Shown: positions 29,030-43,542 of the stretch, piece after piece
How positions within the stretch are numbered: the stretch's first letter is position 1
How the letters are laid out: each line of letters begins with the position of its first letter
NCBI GenBank assembly: GCA_951406725.2
Contig: OX597843.1
Coordinates: 8,432,001-8,496,000 of the forward strand
Length of the DNA stretch: 64,000 nucleotides
Source of the DNA: Octopus vulgaris
Lineage: Eukaryota
Direction: 5' to 3'
Program-made: the position numbers and the translations under genes
The notes under the pieces: generated by a model
Databases searched by the model: none
What the model saw: the letters and a program-made list of their open reading frames with translations, nothing else
Told to the model about the DNA's origin: nothing

Positions 29030-29262
29030 TGTGTGTGTATGTTTGTGTGTCTGAGTTTCACCACCCCCACCCACCCAGCCTCGCTTGACAACTGATACTG
29101 GTGTATATACGTCCCCGAAACGAAGCGGTTCGGCAAAAGAGCCCGATACAATAAGTACTAGGGTTACAAAGAAGAAGTCCTGGGGTCGATTTGCTGGACT
29201 AAAGGCGGTGCTCCAGCATGGCCCCTGTCAAATGACTGAAACAATTAAAAGAATAAAAGAGT
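28820..29262 (+). mobile_element. SINE-A, full length
   Basis: GGCGCAGGAGTGGCTGTGTGG...GGTTCAGTCCC...ACCTTGGTCAAG...(TA)n...AAATGACTGAAAC...AAAAGAGT. Confidence 0.92.
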
Positions 29263-29824
29263 ACCCTTCTCTATAATTATTATAACACTCACACACACAC
29301 ACACACACACATATGTATATATGCTATATTTGTATATATATATATACATATATACATTCATATAGCCGTACATTCATAGACATATATTTTCACGTATATT
29401 CATTGTAATTGCTTGTATGTGAGCAATTATGCACAACAGTTCTCAAACTGATGTCCAGTGGTCAAGATATCCCACCTGGGGCATAAAAGAAAACACTGAC
29501 CAATCCCCACCCCACCCTAACTTATCTGACGTGTTCTTAAGTCTAACGTAACCCGAAATCGATCAAAGGTGAATTTGACCTCCGAAAGATGTGGACGCGG
29601 ATCTTAAAGATCCGGAAACAATAGAGTAAGGTACTTCAACACAATACCACTATTAATAATTATACTAATACTAACGTATATATATATATATATATACAGG
29701 TGTGTGTGTGTGCATACATGTATATGCTTAAATACATACACACGTGTATATAGGTAAGCATATAGGTGTATGTACTAAATTTATTGCTATGCGATGAACT
29801 AAATAATAAAAAAAACTACTACTA

Positions 29825-30340
<516 letters not shown>

Positions 30341-30653
30341 GTTTCTTTCTAGTGGAAAGGGAGTGAGAAGTGTGTACGTGAGTGAGAGAGTGAGTGAGTG
30401 CGTGAGTAATGAGTAAGGACTGATGAGTGTGATTAGTGGAGTAGAGGAGAGTGTGTAATGTGTAACGGGTGGGGTGGAGGTTGGCGATTTACAAAGCAAC
30501 AATATTAAACAACATTTAATCAATAACGAAAACAATATGGCTGACAATATAAAGAGGAGAAAAGTAAGATGGCGGAATGATTAATTTCTTTTGCTGATTG
30601 TCTTTAATTATCTAGGCTATAAACACAGTTAAACATTTAATGATAGGGTGTGC

Positions 30654-30690
<37 letters not shown>

Positions 30691-30967
30691 CATTCGCGTA
30701 TAATGCGATAAACACACACTGATAAACACACACGTATGTAAATATATGAGTATATATATGAGTGTTATGTTTGTGTGTCAATAAACACACATATATACTC
30801 ATATACCTATATATAACATATATATATATATACAATATATATATATATTGTTAATTTAAAAGCACCATGCATCTCACGTGCACGTGCACAATATTATTCG
30901 TATTGAGTGCATCAATTCGTGATTGTAAACAGAAACATCGGCCAGGTCACGACTCCATATACATACG

Positions 30968-31042
<75 letters not shown>

Positions 31043-31076
31043 ACATATATATATATATGTATACATATATATATAT

Positions 31077-31321
31077 AGGCGCAGGAGTGGCTGTGTGGTG
31101 AGTGGCTTGCTGGCCGACCACATGGTTCCGGGTTCGGTCCCACTGCGTGGCATCTTGGGCGAGTGTCTTCTGCTATGGCCCCGGGCCGACCAATGCCTTG
31201 TGAGTGGATTTGGTGGACGGAAACTGAGAGAAGCCTGTCGTATATATGTGTGTAGGTGAGTTTGTGTGTCTGTGTTTGTCCCCCTAGCATTGCTTGACAA
31301 CCGATGCTGGTGTGTTTACGT
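31077..31321 (+). mobile_element. SINE-A, 3'-truncated, between direct duplications
   Basis: Head and body intact to GGTGTGTTTACG; 30907-30970 is repeated at 31320-31383. Confidence 0.88.
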
Positions 31322-31439
31322 GCATCAATTCGTGATTGTAAACAGAAACATCGGCCAGGTCACGACTCCATATACATACGCAAATATATATATATATATA
31401 TATATGTATACATATATATATATATATATATATATATGT

Positions 31440-31567
<128 letters not shown>

Positions 31568-31617
31568 CTAATGTAGGCCAGCATATCAAAAAATACCTTT
31601 AAAGGTTAAATTTATAA

Positions 31618-31777
31618 ATAACTTATAAAATAAGGGCAAAAGAAAAATTCTAATGCCAAATATGCCGAAAAAAAGACAAAATTGTCAATAACCATTATAA
31701 TTAATGCGGACAATTTTGTCTTTTTTTCTGCATATTTGGCATTAGAATTTTTCTTTTGCCCTTTTTTTATAAGTTAT
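31618..31777. repeat. Near-perfect palindrome with 69-bp arms and a 22-nt spacer, within (TA)n
   Basis: ATAACTTATAAAATAAGGGCAAAAG...GACAAAATTGTC pairs with GACAATTTTGTC...CTTTTGCCCTTTTTTTATAAGTTAT. Confidence 0.93.
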
Positions 31778-31783
31778 ATATAT

Positions 31784-31927
<144 letters not shown>

Positions 31928-32510
31928 TGTTGTGTGTGTGTGTGTTCATATAATATTAGGATCACACAGACGTTCAAGGATCCATACTTATCGGAAGCTC
32001 AACTCGTGACCAAACCACTTCCTGAATCCTATGTAAGAGTCCAAGAGTTTCAAGCTTTCGAGAAATTCCTGTGAGTCAATTCGTCTTGAGTATTTAAAGC
32101 GTCGCACAACTCTGACCCCACTCTTCAGCGCAATTAGCTATAAAAAAAACCAGTGACACAAGTGAGGTTCAGACGACCAGAAATAAACTGCACTTCAGGT
32201 TTGCTTGTGTATTTGTTTTTTTGTTTTTTTTACTAAGACTACCTTCTCCCCAGACGTTAGTTCTAGAACTAACGCTCCTTCACTTCCAAGGATTCACAAA
32301 CTACTTAAGCCATAGCTAGAAGTTCTACTAATCCGTCTCAGAATAAATATGGGAACAATATGGCTAAGAGTTGGTTCCATACTCCCCAAGCCAGTGTACC
32401 TCTGTTGGGTGGAGTTTAAAGTCTTACCCCTAACGTTTACAAGCTCAGTGTTGAACTGAGAAAGTATCTTATGAAGCCAGCCAGCAAATAACACTTCAAA
32501 AAATGGTTCA

Positions 32511-32675
32511 TTGCTTTAAGGATATTCAATTGCCCTAAAGATATTTGATTGCCCTAAAGATATTCCGTTGTACTAAAAATACTCCGTTGCCCTAAAGATA
32601 CTCCGTTGACATAAAATTACTCCATTACCCTAAAGATACTTTCATTCCCCTAAAGATACTCCACTGCCCTAAAAG
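32511..32675 (+). repeat. 19-bp minisatellite (TTGCCCTAAAGATACTCCG), about eight diverged copies
   Basis: Directly visible. Confidence 0.85.
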
Positions 32676-32874
32676 TCCTGTTGAAGACGTTCCTGTCCAC
32701 AAAATTCGCTTCACCTTAAGAAGGAGGAATGAAAAAATCTTAGAAATGATGTATGGTGTTGATAGGATCAGAGGAGCAAAAAAAAAGGCTAAAATTTAAA
32801 AGTTTCGTTCGTATGCCTACCAAGATTCTCCATATCACTACAAGAAAAAAACCCTTGTGAAAAAAACCCTTGTG

Positions 32875-32980
32875 GAGCTATAGTAGAAGACATTTGACCA
32901 AGGTGCCACGCAGCGGGACTGAACCCGGAGCCATGTGGTTGGGAAGCAAGCTACTTACCACACAGACACTCCTACGCCTA
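32875..32980 (-). mobile_element. SINE-A head fragment
   Basis: GCTATAGTAGAAGACATTTGACCAAGGTGCCACGCAGCGGGACTGAACCCGG. Confidence 0.85.
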
Positions 32981-32981
32981 T

Positions 32982-33115
<134 letters not shown>

Positions 33116-33184
33116 TATATATGTATGTATATATATATATAGAGAGAGAGAGAGACATATTTGTTTGTTTTCTTGTGTATGCGT

Positions 33185-33378
33185 TTGTCCAGCCAACTAT
33201 CGCTTAACAACTAATGTCATTGTACTTAGGTCATTGTAATTTAGCAGTTCGGGAAAAAAGACCCATAGAGTAAGTACTAGGCTTAAAACGAATAAGTCAT
33301 GGCGTTCATATCTTTAAATAAAAGGCGGTGCTGCAGCATGGTCGCAGTCAATTGACTAAAACAGTTAAAAGAATAAAA
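33185..33378 (+). mobile_element. SINE-A tail half, diverged
   Basis: ATCGCTTAACAAC...TAAGTACTAGGCTT...GGCGGTGCTGCAGCATGGTCGCAGTCAA. Confidence 0.75.
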
Positions 33379-33708
33379 ATATATAACATACACATAATAT
33401 ATATATAAAAACATATACATACATATATACATGTGTGTCTGTATGTATATATGTATGTATATATTTATGCTGATACGTATGTACGTATACATGATTATGC
33501 AAGTACAGATGCGGACTACATACTGTTAAAATGACTCTCAGCTAAATCGAGCAAGTATGATTTCACGGTAACGTAATCACTTTCAAAACACTTATATATA
33601 TACACACGTAGACTTTCACAGTCACGCCTTGACAGCGAAAATAATGCGATATACATATGTACAAAGGGTAATCAGCGTGTGAATATACTTTATACAAACG
33701 CATATATG

Positions 33709-33756
<48 letters not shown>

Positions 33757-33864
33757 TATGAGCGTGTGTGTTTATATATACACTGATATACATGCATATA
33801 GATTGATATATATACATATATATATATGTGTGTATATATATGTACACACATATATATATATGTG

Positions 33865-33905
<41 letters not shown>

Positions 33906-33907
<2 letters not shown>

Positions 33908-34165
33908 TCTTTTACTCGTTTATTGTTTTAGTCATTTTTTAGTCATTTTTGCTGGAGCAAATCGTGGAGCAAATCAACCCCAGGACTTTTTCACTGCGGC
34001 CATGCTGGAGCAAATCGTGGAGCAAATCGTGGAGCAAATCAACCCCAGGACTTCTTCTTTGTAAGCCTAGTACTTATTCTATCGGTTCATTTTGCCGAAC
34101 CGCCAATTTACGGGTATGTAAACACACCAGCATCGGTTGTCAAGCGATGTTGGAGGCACACACAC
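33906..34165 (-). mobile_element. SINE-A tail half with internal slippage duplications (GGAGCAAATCGT)
   Basis: GCTGGAGCAAATCGTGGAGCAAATCAACCCCAGGACTT occurs twice. Confidence 0.8.
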
Positions 34166-34188
34166 TCACAAACATATACATACATACA

Positions 34189-34224
<36 letters not shown>

Positions 34225-34628
34225 TACTCTTTTACTATTTTACTCTTTTACTTGTTTCAGTCATTTGACTGCGGCCATGCTGGAGCACCACCTTTAATCG
34301 AGCAACTCGACACCGGGACTTATTCTTTTGTAAGCCCAGTACTTATTCTTTCGGTCTCTTTTGCCGAACCGCTAAGTAACGGGGACATAAACACACCAGT
34401 ATCGGTTGTCAAGCAATGCTAGGGGGACAAACACAGACACACAAACACACACACGCATATATATACATATATACGACGGGCTTCTTTCAGTTTCCGTCTA
34501 TCAAATCCACTCACAAGGCTCTGGTCGGCTCGAGGCTATAGTAGAAGACATTGCCCAAGGTGCCACGCAATGGGACTGAACCTGGTACCATGTGGTTGGT
34601 AAACAAGCTACTTACCACACAGCCACTT
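34225..34628 (-). mobile_element. SINE-A, near full length
   Basis: Nearly collinear with 18929-19370. Confidence 0.92.
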
Positions 34629-34920
34629 CTATATATACATATATTTATACATACACATACATCCATATATATATATATATATATATATATGAGCTCCGCT
34701 CGAAACGTTATATCTTCCTTCTTTCCTTCTTTCCTGAGCGTCCAATAATACTATATTTGTTCACTTACTCCTACAGCCACTTCTATATATACATATATTT
34801 ATACATACACATACATCCATATATATATATATATATATATATATGAGCTCCGCTCGTTCATAAACAAAATGTGTATGCGTATATACACATCTATCTATCT
34901 ATCAATTCATACACACTAAT

Positions 34921-34964
<44 letters not shown>

Positions 34965-35526
34965 TAACATGTGTAAATGTTTGTATGTCAGAGTGTAGAA
35001 TGTAAAACACAGGCATGTCGAAACTTGCTCCAACCACATCATGAAATTATGATTAAGATATCGATAATTACTCCACCATTATATACATAAATATACTTAT
35101 ACATACATATATATGTCTGTGTGTGTGTGCATCTATATCTATGTGCGTGAGTGTATGTCTCTCAATGTGTGCGTATATATATATGTGTATATGTATACAT
35201 AGTATATACGCATGACACTGACACACACACGCACAGGTAACTTTTATATAAACAAGGTCATACACACACATACACAAATAGTTCCCTCTTCGTTATATAC
35301 ACACGAATACAAATACCTACGTACACACAGGGATATATATAGTATATATATGTAGATATATATTTTTTCTGGTGCATGTCTGAATGAGCTTGCATACAGA
35401 AATGAGGTGTGAGGTACATGAACACACATACACATGTACACACATACTCACAGACATATAAATATATATACCCAAACATTTAATTATATATATATATATA
35501 TAAGTATAAATGTGTGTTATAGTATG

Positions 35527-35608
<82 letters not shown>

Positions 35609-35708
35609 CGCACACACATATATCATTAGCGCTCATTGAAAAAGATTTTATGCGCATACAAGAAGCCTGTTTGGCAGTAAATCCACACACACACACACGT
35701 ATATTTGA

Positions 35709-35749
<41 letters not shown>

Positions 35750-35949
35750 GCATGTATAAATACACACACACACAACAAACGCATACACACATGTATATAT
35801 CTATATACATACACGTGTGTGTCTGTATAAGTCTATGCCTTTCTACATACATACTTACGCATACATCTGTATTACTCTACGTATAAATTTAAAAGACACA
35901 TACAAATATACATGTATACAAACGCCTGCATATACCTACAAACATACAT

Positions 35950-36006
<57 letters not shown>

Positions 36007-36380
36007 CCGGTTAGATATATATATACATGTGTCTATGTATGAATGCATGCATGTATGTATACGTATATAAATTACACAGGCGTACGCACAAATTTGCTTA
36101 AATAGGCATGTATTTTGATGTGTCTTGCACACGAAAGCGCGATAGCTGCTTTTAATATGCATGGAGTTGTTGTTAAGCATCAAATGCGTTTAAACTACTT
36201 ACAGCTTGAACTTACCTGGAAGCCATTGTGAGCGATTTCACATAACACGCGTGCCGTATATGGTTGTGTACGCGTATGCGTATGTGTGTGCGTGTGAGAG
36301 AGAGCGTGTGTGAGTGTGCGTGCGTGTGTGTGTGTTATTGTGTGTCTGTTATTGTGTGTAGTGTATACGTTTGTGTGTTC

Positions 36381-36419
<39 letters not shown>

Positions 36420-36530
36420 TATATGTTTAAATTCGTATTTATATATGTATATACATATATATTTATTTTATTTTATTTTAATTTAACTAGTTTCAGCTCA
36501 CGAGCTGTGGCCACGCTGGGGCACCGCCAT

Positions 36531-36579
<49 letters not shown>

Positions 36580-37196
36580 TATATATATATACGTGTGTGT
36601 GTGTGTGTGTGTAGTGTAATTGTATTCACGTATATATGTTTACATATATGAATGTAAATATGTGTGTATATGTGTGTCTGTCTACATAAATATATATGTG
36701 TACATTTGTACATGCACACGTGTGTGTTTAAAAATCTATTTATATGTATACATATACATTCATATAAATAGACATATATTTTATTAATATTTATCAGAAA
36801 TAACAAGGTGAATCGAAGACGTAGAGTTTCGTGCATCAGCAGCCAAAGCACGAAACTGTCGAACTTTGAATCACTCTGTTGCTTTTGCTAAATATTAATT
36901 AAACTACTCATATACTCATATTCCTAATTTTCTATTTTTCTTATTTGCCTCAACATACCTGTAAATACACACATAGAGCAATATGGGTATGTACACGTGT
37001 AGTGTACAGTTTTATATACGAACTTGTGTAGTATGACACACACGCACACACACACACACACATATATACATATGCACATACACAGAAATATATATACGTA
37101 TATTTACGTAGACAAAAGCGTTTTTATAAACGCGATTAGACGTATATGTGTATATATTTATTTAGATATTTCTGTCTATATACACATGTGTGTATT

Positions 37197-37262
<66 letters not shown>

Positions 37263-37379
37263 TGAGTGTATTTTTACCTTGTTAACAATTAACACGGAAA
37301 ATTTTCGAAACATGTGTCGAAAGTAAAAATATTTGATTACACCTGCGTTAGCCCCATTTTCTATTCATATATTTATATA

Positions 37380-37414
<35 letters not shown>

Positions 37415-38074
37415 GTGTGTGTGTGTATATATATATATATAGATAGATATAGATATTGATATATATGTACAAATATGATTGTGTTTGTGTGTGTGTGTCT
37501 GTGCACATATATATACACGCGCGTATTATATATATACAGGTGTACCGTTACCTGTATATACGTTTTTATGTATCGGCATATCTATATGGTTGTACACGTG
37601 ACTTCCTGTATGTCCTTCTTGATACGAGAATTGATCTGTTAACGTGTGACAATGCGTTTATATACATACACACGCGCATCCAAGTCCGCCCCACCCACCA
37701 CATACACACACGTGTGTGTGTGTGTGTATCAGTGCGCATGTGCATGTGTGTTTGTATACAATGTAAAAGTGTCATGTCTTCTTTATATCTCAGACATATT
37801 TTCTGTAAATATCTTCGATGTTATACGCGTGGCTATACTGTACGGCTGTGTGTATATAATTATATATATCTATCCCAATGGCTTTGTGTGTAATTATATG
37901 TCTATATATTTGTGTCATTTTGTGTTATATGTGTGTGTAAGAGAGTAAATTTATGAGCGTGTGTGTGTGTTTATGAATGTATAAAACGACAAAACCACAT
38001 GTAAATTTATAAAACATATACACACACATATATATTCTATATGTCGCATTATATTTACATACATGCATAACTCC

Positions 38075-38112
<38 letters not shown>

Positions 38113-38252
38113 TAAACTCATGGATATGCTTTTGTATTTGTATGTAAATATGTGCGTATGAAAGTTAGGAAGAGATTGTACGCATGTGACTTTGTGTATA
38201 TATATATATAATCTGATGAACCAACTAAATTGTTTCTCCATTTTCTTATTTG

Positions 38253-38298
<46 letters not shown>

Positions 38299-38466
38299 AT
38301 ATATATATATATATAAATATGTATGTATGTATGTATATCCATAGATATGTACTTACCCATTAATAGAAGAAAATGGATATACAGAGATTGAGATAGATAG
38401 ACAGAAAAACAGAGGCACTCCTAGACACATACATACACTCACACTTATATATACATACCCCAGTAT

Positions 38467-38521
<55 letters not shown>

Positions 38522-38712
38522 CATATACATATACATATATAAGCGCAAACATGCACCTATATATATGTATATGTACAAACCCATACACACACCTATATTC
38601 ATGCATATAAATACATATTATTCACACATAATAAATACACACACATATATACACACACAGAGGCATATGTGTGTGTATGCCTCCGTGTGTCTATGTGTTT
38701 GTGTGTGCCTTT

Positions 38713-38762
<50 letters not shown>

Positions 38763-39074
38763 TGTACCCTCGCATCCGGGAGAATTTACCTCGTTCACAC
38801 CGGTAACAATCCGAGATTGCCTGATAACCTAAAAACGCCAATAGCTAATCGGAACGGGTTGCTATTGTAATGTAGAATTCCTCGTCTTGTTCACGAGGCA
38901 CCCTCCGTCTATTTGCTTCTAATTTTGTGTATAAATATTGTAATAACCCTTTTGTACAGGTGCTGCGTTGTCTTTATACAGCGTATATATTCTGATGTTA
39001 GATATATATTATCGTTTATAGAAGACATCCGTTAGTGTATAGAGATATACGGATATATATATATAAATATATAC

Positions 39075-39139
<65 letters not shown>

Positions 39140-39283
39140 TATATATATATACATATATATATATAAATATATATATATATGTGTGTATATATATATATAT
39201 ATATACCACTGCATATACAAGTCAATGTTATATCATTGATGCATACATAATCAAATATATATATATATACATATATATATATT

Positions 39284-39314
<31 letters not shown>

Positions 39315-39389
39315 ATATAAGTATATAGTAAATATATATGATATATCTATATATGTCGATATTATATCATAAATACATACACATGCACG

Positions 39390-39421
<32 letters not shown>

Positions 39422-39717
39422 CATACATACATACATACATACATACATGCATATATATATATATACATACATAGATACATGCATATATATATATATATAG
39501 AATATATGTATGTATGTATGTGTGTATATAAATGTATGACAGTTGTATTGCTATTGCTATTTAATATACAATATTGAGGTTGTGCTTGAAATCTTGAAAT
39601 GTAACATATCTTTATGAAAAAAATTGCATACAATTAATAAGTGTGATACACATAAATATACACACACGTGACATTTGATATCCATGACATGCATCTGGTG
39701 GTGAATGCTTCCACATG

Positions 39718-39762
<45 letters not shown>

Positions 39763-39767
39763 TATAT

Positions 39768-39825
<58 letters not shown>

Positions 39826-39834
39826 AGTGGGGTT

Positions 39835-40225
39835 AAGGCGGCGAGCTGGCAGAAACGTTAGCACGCCGGGTGAAATGCTTAGCGGTATTTCGTCTGCGTT
39901 ACGTTGTGAGTTCAAATTCCGCCGAGGTCGACTTTGCCTTTCATCCTTTCGGGGTCGATAAATTAAGTACCAGTTACGCACTGGGGTCGATGTAATCGAC
40001 TTAATACCTGTGTCTGTCCTTGTTTGACCCTCTGTCTGTGTTTGGCCCCTTGTGGGTAATAAAGAAATAGGTATGTCGCCTGCCATTACGTTCTGACTTC
40101 AAATTCCGACTTTGCCTTTCATCCTTTCGGGGGGTCGATAAATTAAGTACCAGTTGCATAGGGGGGTCGATCTAATCTACTAGCCCCTTCCTACAAAAAC
40201 TCCAGGATTTGTGCCTAGAGGACAA
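39835..40225 (+). mobile_element. SINE-B dimer: full head unit followed by a headless second unit
   Basis: AAGGCGGCGAGCTGGCAGAAACG (A box)...GAGTTCAAATTC...GAAATAGGTA, then re-entry into the body at about 40072. Confidence 0.88.
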
Positions 40226-40614
40226 ATGTATACATGTGGGTGTGTTGATGCATATTTCTGTGTTTAGTTATAATAAAAAGTCTTTTACGTTAATCTAATG
40301 TGTTACTCTATACTTTTGTAGAGTACAAATTTATTATTATTATTCTAGATTACTGTTGTTAGTGACTTCGAAGTTTGGGCCAGCTAATCCATCGACGGAC
40401 TATATATACGTATGCATCTATGTATATATATATAACTCTATGAATGCACATAGATATTTCTCTATCTTTTTCTTGTGAACGTGTGTGTATATAAGTGTGT
40501 GAGTCTGTGAGTGTATACGACCGCTAGTTTACATGCATATACATACATACATACATACATACATACATACATACATACATACATACATACATACATACAT
40601 GCATGCATACATAT

Positions 40615-40957
40615 ATCGGGACCCCCTTCGGTCACGACACTGACCATGGGATTGCACCTAGAAAGTTACCCTCCCAGGGCAAGTCCGGGCAAGGTTGTTT
40701 ATGGAAGACTAGCAGTCGCCCATGCATACAGGCCTCCCCTCTCCACGCCACCAGTGTTATCCAAAGGAAAGGCAAAGGCCGATACAGCTTGGCACCTGTG
40801 ACGTCGCAACTCATTTCTACAGCTGAGTGAACTGGAGCAACGTAAAATAAAGTGTCTTGCTCAAGAACACAACACGCAACCCGATCCGGGATTCGAGCTC
40901 ACAACCTCACGATCGTAAGCTCGACGCTCTAACTACTGAGAACTGAGCCATGCGCTT
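40615..40957 (-). mobile_element. SINE-C, full length
   Basis: Minus-strand head GCGCATGGCTCAG...GAGCTCGAATCCC, TTCTTGAGCAAGACACTT; absent from the paralogous segment at 44742-45270. Confidence 0.88.
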
Positions 40958-40959
40958 TC

Positions 40960-41019
<60 letters not shown>

Positions 41020-41022
<3 letters not shown>

Positions 41023-41245
41023 GGAGTAAACACATAAATGTGAAACAAGGTGGAAAAAAGAGTACTCAAATACCAGTGGTAGAGTAATATGCTTTATTTT
41101 AAGCAGCAGAAAATTCAACAAAATCTGTTACTCTGAGTTTCTCGTTGCCGTTCATCAGACAGTTTTTGCAAAAACTGTCTGATGAACGGCAACGAGAAAC
41201 TCAGAGTAACAGATTTTGTTGAATTTTCTGCTGCTTAAAATAAAG
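41020..41245 (-). mobile_element. Penelope-like element terminal (pseudo-LTR) fragment with fold-back inversion, inserted in (TA)n
   Basis: Perfect 77+77-bp palindrome at 41092-41245 plus a ~70-bp unpaired extension; hammerhead core followed by AATAAA. Confidence 0.65.
41175..41212 (+). ncRNA. Minimal type I hammerhead ribozyme motif (mirror copy on the minus strand at 41125-41162)
   Basis: CTGT-CTGATGA-aCG-GCAA-CGa-GAAA-CTC-A-GAG-TA^-ACAG: conserved core, stem I CTGT/ACAG, GNRA-capped stem II with an A.A mismatch at the closing pair, near-palindromic stem III, GUA cleavage triplet ending at 41208. Confidence 0.72.
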
Positions 41246-41494
41246 TATATATATATATATATATACATGTATATATAGATATAGATATGTGTGTATATGG
41301 AGGAAAGGTCCAAAGATAACTCGTATTTCAGAAATATCTTGTTACTAGTTCAATTCTTGTTAGGTTCTTTAACCTGTGTCACGATCTACAAATACGTCAT
41401 ACGATATATGACTTATGACACATGATTTACGACGTACATTGATATAATTGCGACTGATGAAATCTATAACATGCAGATACATACATACATAAAT

Positions 41495-41532
<38 letters not shown>

Positions 41533-41614
41533 GTACGTGTATGTGTATGCGGGTGAGTGGAAATGTATGTATGTCATTAACATACGATTTACAAACGCCA
41601 TGCGTATTACCCGA

Positions 41615-41618
41615 AATA

Positions 41619-41655
<37 letters not shown>

Positions 41656-41666
41656 TAATAATAATA

Positions 41667-41701
<35 letters not shown>

Positions 41702-41789
41702 AATAATAATATTAATAATAATAATAATAATAATAATGATGATGATGATGATGATGATGATGATAATAATAATAATAATAAAAATAATA

Positions 41790-41827
<38 letters not shown>

Positions 41828-41832
41828 GATGA

Positions 41833-41931
<99 letters not shown>

Positions 41932-41955
41932 AAATAATAATAATAATAATAGCAA

Positions 41956-41986
<31 letters not shown>

Positions 41987-42115
41987 AATAATGATGATAA
42001 TGATTATGATGATGATAATAATAATAATAATAGAAATAATAATGACGATGATGATGACGATGATGAGGATGATGATAATGAGGAGGAGGAGGAGGAGGGA
42101 GATAATGGTGATAGA
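41615..42115. repeat. (AAT)n/(GAT)n microsatellite
   Basis: Directly visible. Confidence 0.95.
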
Positions 42116-42408
42116 CAACAATTCTGTTGCTAGAACACAGGTCGTAATTCAAACGTACGATACATTTCAACACAATCGCGCATCATATGTATTTGTGACA
42201 TGTGTCACAGTTGAGTCATAGAACATGGTTTACAGCAAATGATTAAAAGCCTCAATAATTTATGTATATACACATATATATACATATATATATACATAAA
42301 TATATATATATATATATATATGTGCGTGTATGTGTGTACACATGTATACACAAACACACATATATATATATGTATATATATGTATATATATATGTATATA
42401 TATGTATA

Positions 42409-42450
<42 letters not shown>

Positions 42451-42669
42451 TGACATATATCATTTAAAATAAAGCGCCGTTGTTATGGGAAACTGCGTCT
42501 TAATTTAGAATCTTTGTCAAAGAGATCTTCCTTGTACACGTTTATGCCGATGGCTAGTCACCTCACTAACCCATAGATAATTTGGTCATTGTGTGCTGGT
42601 GAATGGCGCATTTCTGTACCGTGAATAACATTAATAATAACGATGATGAACGACGACGGCGAGGGAAGA

Positions 42670-42686
42670 TGGTAATAATAATAATA

Positions 42687-42718
<32 letters not shown>

Positions 42719-42752
42719 AATAATAATAATAACAATAATAATAATAATAATG

Positions 42753-42804
<52 letters not shown>

Positions 42805-43008
42805 TGATGATGAGGATGATAATGATAATAATAATAATTATAATAATAATAATAATAATAATAATGATGATGATGATAATAATAATAATAATGAAAATAA
42901 CAAAAATAATAAATATATTGATGAAATTAATAATAATAATAATGATAATAATAATGATGATAAAAGTATTAATAGTAGTAATAATAACAATAATAATAAT
43001 AATAAATA

Positions 43009-43039
<31 letters not shown>

Positions 43040-43112
43040 GAAGTAATAATGGTATTAATGAAAATAAAAAATAATAATAACAACAACAACAACAACAATA
43101 ATAATAATAATA

Positions 43113-43167
<55 letters not shown>

Positions 43168-43172
43168 CGACG

Positions 43173-43230
<58 letters not shown>

Positions 43231-43235
43231 CGATG
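42670..43235. repeat. (AAT)n/(GAT)n microsatellite
   Basis: Directly visible. Confidence 0.95.
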
Positions 43236-43542
43236 TTTGTTTGTCACCTGGGCGATGGTAGTGAGGTGCGTTCAGCATTTCGTCCGGCATGCTACCGATG
43301 CTGCTATCTCGCCACCTTACATCGTATGCATGAGGAAACAAAAATGAATAGAAGTACCCAAGTACATGAGGTACATGAATTACACGAGGTACATGAGGTA
43401 CATGAGGTACATAAGATATACAGCATCAGAAAAATAAAACATAAGGTATAAAAATAACATTGGATTAAAATTGATGTTGAGTATTCAGTTCTCCTGGGAC
43501 AGGAAGACCTATATCTAGGCTCGTAAGAATAACCCCAATATC

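Noticed and set aside
31960-32076. Possible exon ending in a GTGAGT donor
   Set aside because: Weak acceptor, no recognisable peptide, and no partner exons.
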